Shown here piece by piece: positions 60,373-64,000 of a DNA stretch of 64,000 bases. This DNA comes from Macrostomum lignano (Eukaryota). The DNA lies in the NCBI GenBank assembly GCA_002269645.1, contig NIVC01002556.1:62001-126000 (forward strand). Direction: 5' to 3'. The notes beneath the pieces were generated by a model that saw nothing but the letters and a program-made list of their open reading frames with translations, did not search any database and was not told the DNA's origin. Position numbers and translations under genes: made by a program. Within the stretch, counting starts at the first letter, position 1. Each line of letters begins with the position of its first letter.

Positions 60373-63300
60373 ATGACTGAGCTTGCTGTAAATGAGAAGG
60401 ATGTGGCAAACGAAGCCTTAGAGATAAACGCATCAAATTCTGGACTTCAGTCAGGGGATATTCAGGCCGAGACAGCTGAGTTCAAAGCAGTTTCAACAGA
60501 AAAAACTACTGCTGCAGACACACAGCCACCGGACACTGAGCATAAGGCTACTGAGAATGATTCGGAGGCTGAGAAAGTTGACGATCATGCCACCGAGAGC
60601 ACCGCGGCCACTGAGACTAAAACCTTAGAAGCCGAGCCAGTGAAGACTCCAACCAAAGAGGATGAGGTGGTGGAAGCCCAGGCCCCAGCGGAGGGAACGG
60701 AGACCCCGGGCATTGAAGAGGTAGCGATAGAAACTCAGGCCACAGAAGCTGAAGCCATGCAAACTCAGGCCACAGAAGCTGAAGCCATGCAAACTCAGGC
60801 CACAGAAGCTGAAGCCATGCAAACTCAGGCCACAGAAGCTGAAGCCATGCAAACTCAGGCCACAGAAGCTGAAGCCATGCAAACTCAGGCCACAGAAGCT
60901 GAAGCCATGCAAACTCAGGCCACAGAAGCTGAAGCTATGCAAGCTAAGGCTTCAGAAGCTGAGTCGGAAATGGCACTAGCAGACGCTAACTCAGCGATGC
61001 CAGATGCTGGCGATGCTGACGTTTTGGCAGAGCACACCGCCACTGTGGCCGATACTGAGCCAGAGGCTGCGACTGAGTCAGCTGACATCAGCACTTCATC
61101 GGCCGCCAATGGGCCGTTGGAAGACACTGGCTCAGTTTTGGACACGGATAAAGTTCTTGCTGCGGGTGTTAGTGAAGTATCTGGGGAGCAGGAAGTGACA
61201 GAGACGGTTATGGATGCGGAGGACGCTGCTGATCCGGCCACTTCGATCGATGCAATTGAAATGGAGGATGCACTGACTGAGCATGATGCCGACGCCGATG
61301 CTGCAAACGAAACAGACGATGCGATTATGGCCGAGGCTGAAGCTGCGCTTGTTGAGGCTGAAGCAGAATCTGCAGCAGCTGCGGCCGATGACGCCATGGC
61401 AAACCAAGCAAAGGCGGCAGAAGCCGCCGATGCTCAGATGGACACCGAGGCGGGTCCTGCAAACAAGATCGAAACTGGCGAAGAAGCCCGCAGCCCGACT
61501 GGCAATGGCGGAGCCGCTACCTCCGGAGCCCATAAGACGCCGGTAAGAACGCCTTCGATGGCAGCGGCAGTGGCCGCGGCGGCAAAGGCGGCCGCAGCAG
61601 CAGCGGCTGCCGGAGGCGGCCCCGCATCGACACAGAGACCAACGAAGCCACGGAAGCCGATTGGGACCGGGCGGCGGTCACGCCAGGCAAGGCGGGACCC
61701 GCAGGAGCCGGTGAACCCGCGCTCCGCCTACACTATCTTCGTCAAGGAGAAGATGGAGGAACTAGGGGTGCACATCAAGGATTCGCCGGATCTCAAGCTC
61801 AAGGGCAAGGAGCAGATTAAAGTGGTGGCTCAGCAGTGGCGGGACCTCTCCGCGGAAGAGAAGGAGCGCTATCAGCAAATGTTTACAAAAGCATTCGCGG
61901 CTTATGAGCAAGACTTGGCCGCTTACAAGCAGACCGATTCGTACCGCCTATTCCAGGTAAGTTTTCGGGCCCAAAGTTTAGTATGTGTAATCGGCTAGCA
62001 GTGTCTTTATAAACGGCAACATTGGAGTCATCAGGTTAAAAATTAAACTGTCTAACTTGCAGAAGGCAAAGCAAATACTTGCTACTTGCCTGTAAAAATT
62101 ATATATACTCTGTTATTTTTGTTGGACTATTACTAATCAACACAGTTAGCTAGCTCACAGGAAGTCTCTATTCCTGTTTCATTATTCCCACATTCCCTAC
62201 TTGCAGGAGAAGCTGAAGGCGATGGACGCAGAGAAAGCAAAAAACAATCCGTCAACTTCATCCGCGCCCAACCCGGCCAACGCTGCCGCCGCTGCTGCCG
62301 CCGCTGCAGCCGCCGCTAAGAAGAAAGCGGTCAGTGGTGTCGGAGGCGGCGGCGTGACCGCCAAAATTGCGGCTGTAGGCGGCGGAGTAAATAAAATCGT
62401 CACTTCGGCTGCGGCTTCTGCGGCCGCTGCTGTCACGCCAGTCACAGCCGGCAACGCTGCCAACATTGTTCGCGTGAAGGAGGAGGTAGCGCAGCAGCAG
62501 CAGCAGTTGACTCCGGCAATGGTGCCCCAGCAGCTGCTGCAGGGTATGGTGCAGCTTCCGCAGGGTCTGTCAGCAGCCCCAGTGCCTGTGTCCGGTGCCG
62601 CCAGCCAGCCGCTGCTGACGGCCACTCCCATCCGCCTGGAGTCATTGAATCAGTTTCTGCCCATGTCGCAGCTGCAGCACCTGCTGCCGCCTGGTACCGT
62701 CACTTTGCTGGCCGTCACCCAGCAGCAGCCGCAGCAGCTGCAGCAGCTCCAGCAGCTTCAGCAGCCCCAGCAACTAGCCGCTCAGCTGCCGCCACCGCCA
62801 CCGCAGATGCAGGCGCAGCCGCAGATCCAGCAACAGCAGCAGGTGATTGTGTCCTCGCAGGCACTTTTGCCTAGCTTCCCTGAGCTCAGCCAGCCGGCCC
62901 TCCTGGCCTACGGAGGCGCCCAGCCGCAGCAGCTTCAGCAGCTTCAGCCGCAGCAGCAGCAGCAGACGTCAGTCTCCTACGCATTTAGCGGCGCCAGCGT
63001 CCCCCTGCTGGACTCGTTCGTTTCGTCCAGCTCTGCAAGCGGCGGCGGCAGCATGCTAGAGATCGACAGCAAGCTGGGCCTGGTCGTATCCTGCGGCCAG
63101 CAGACTCTGCAGCAGCAGGACATGAAGCCGCTGGTTAGCGTGGCGAATCTCCAAATTGTGAACGCGGTGGCCGCGGCCACAGCCAACAAACCCATGCAGT
63201 ACATGACGGAGATTGTTGGCATGATCCAGCGCATTGCCCAGGCCATGGACCGCAAGGCTTCTGGCCAGCCAACGCAGGGCCTTGAAGAGGCGGTCATGCA

Positions 63301-63487
63301 GCTGCGCAACAAAATGTACGAGGCCCAGAATTTCTACCAGACCACGACGCGCGACTTTGTCAGCGAGCTACAGGCGCAGATTGACAAGATTCTGCCATCC
63401 CTAAATGACGTGAGGTCGGAGGTTCTCTACAAGCTGCAGGATGTCATCCGGTCCATGATTTTCTCACCGCAGCAGCAGCAGATCTGA
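60373..63487 (+). CDS. Large HMG-box protein, right-arm copy; exons 60373-61956 and 62207-63487 (~954 aa)
   Basis: Mirror of 2972-6061; 7 TQATEAEAMQ repeats, polyQ5 instead of Q7, one A-to-T substitution. Confidence 0.85.
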
Positions 63488-64000
63488 GACTCATCGTGCT
63501 GCTGGCTGCCTTGACCCGAATGCGTCATCTGTCCTCATTAGCGCAAACTGTTTGTCCACATTTGCTTGTCGACTGTCTCTGCTCACCGCATATCGCATAA
63601 CCCCTTAACTGGCTTTTTATAAATTGCTTATTCGCTGTTAAAAGCAGATTTTTTACCAATGCTGATAAGTTAATGGCAGCAACGCCAGTCCCATCGGGCC
63701 ACAGAGACGCTCGCTGCGCACTGTTATCCCCGTGTAAATTGGCCGTCCTTTTGAATCCCCGTGTGTCGTACCTGAGCTCTGTTATATTCGCCCATCCGTC
63801 ACTGGCTGGTCCCCGCGCTTTTCCCGGGAGCTGAGCGGCACCATATCAGCCATTTGTGCCCGATTGCTTGGCAGCTCGCTCGCCCCATCGCGCATCTGAG
63901 TGACGCCTGTGTTTGGCGTGGCTGTAATTTCTTGCTTAATGTTTTCTCTTTTGTACAAAGCAAATGGCATATGAAGTGTTTCTTCTGTTAAATCTTCGCC

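Overview
Intron-containing eukaryotic DNA with GC-rich, Ala/Gln-rich exons, AT-rich intergenic DNA and many minisatellites. The style suggests a free-living flatworm such as Macrostomum, but that is inference only. Almost the whole window is one giant inverted duplication. Positions 2459-29828 are mirrored by 64000-32363 around a 185-N assembly gap, a (GTTA)n tract and a decayed LINE. It is either a real palindrome or two haplotypes/homeologs scaffolded head-to-head. Host genes: proteasome alpha-2 (one copy in the window) and two copies each of a large HMG-box protein, class III alcohol dehydrogenase (ADH5) and a CYP2-clan P450. Comparing the arms shows empty versus filled sites for several mobile elements. 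The most unusual signal is an 8-bp-TSD MITE family, plus one unrelated locus, carrying a 64-nt copy of the 28S rRNA H69-H71 region. Its flanks are conserved but the R2/I-PpoI cleavage site is scrambled. Also notable: a Ngaro-like gag(SAP)-RT fragment in one arm only, an RT-less APE-RNaseH LINE joined head-to-head to an RTE-like LINE, a retroposon 36 bp upstream of the CYP start, and a 3.85-kb GGG...CCC/4-bp-TSD insertion. All alignments were done by eye; no database searches were run.
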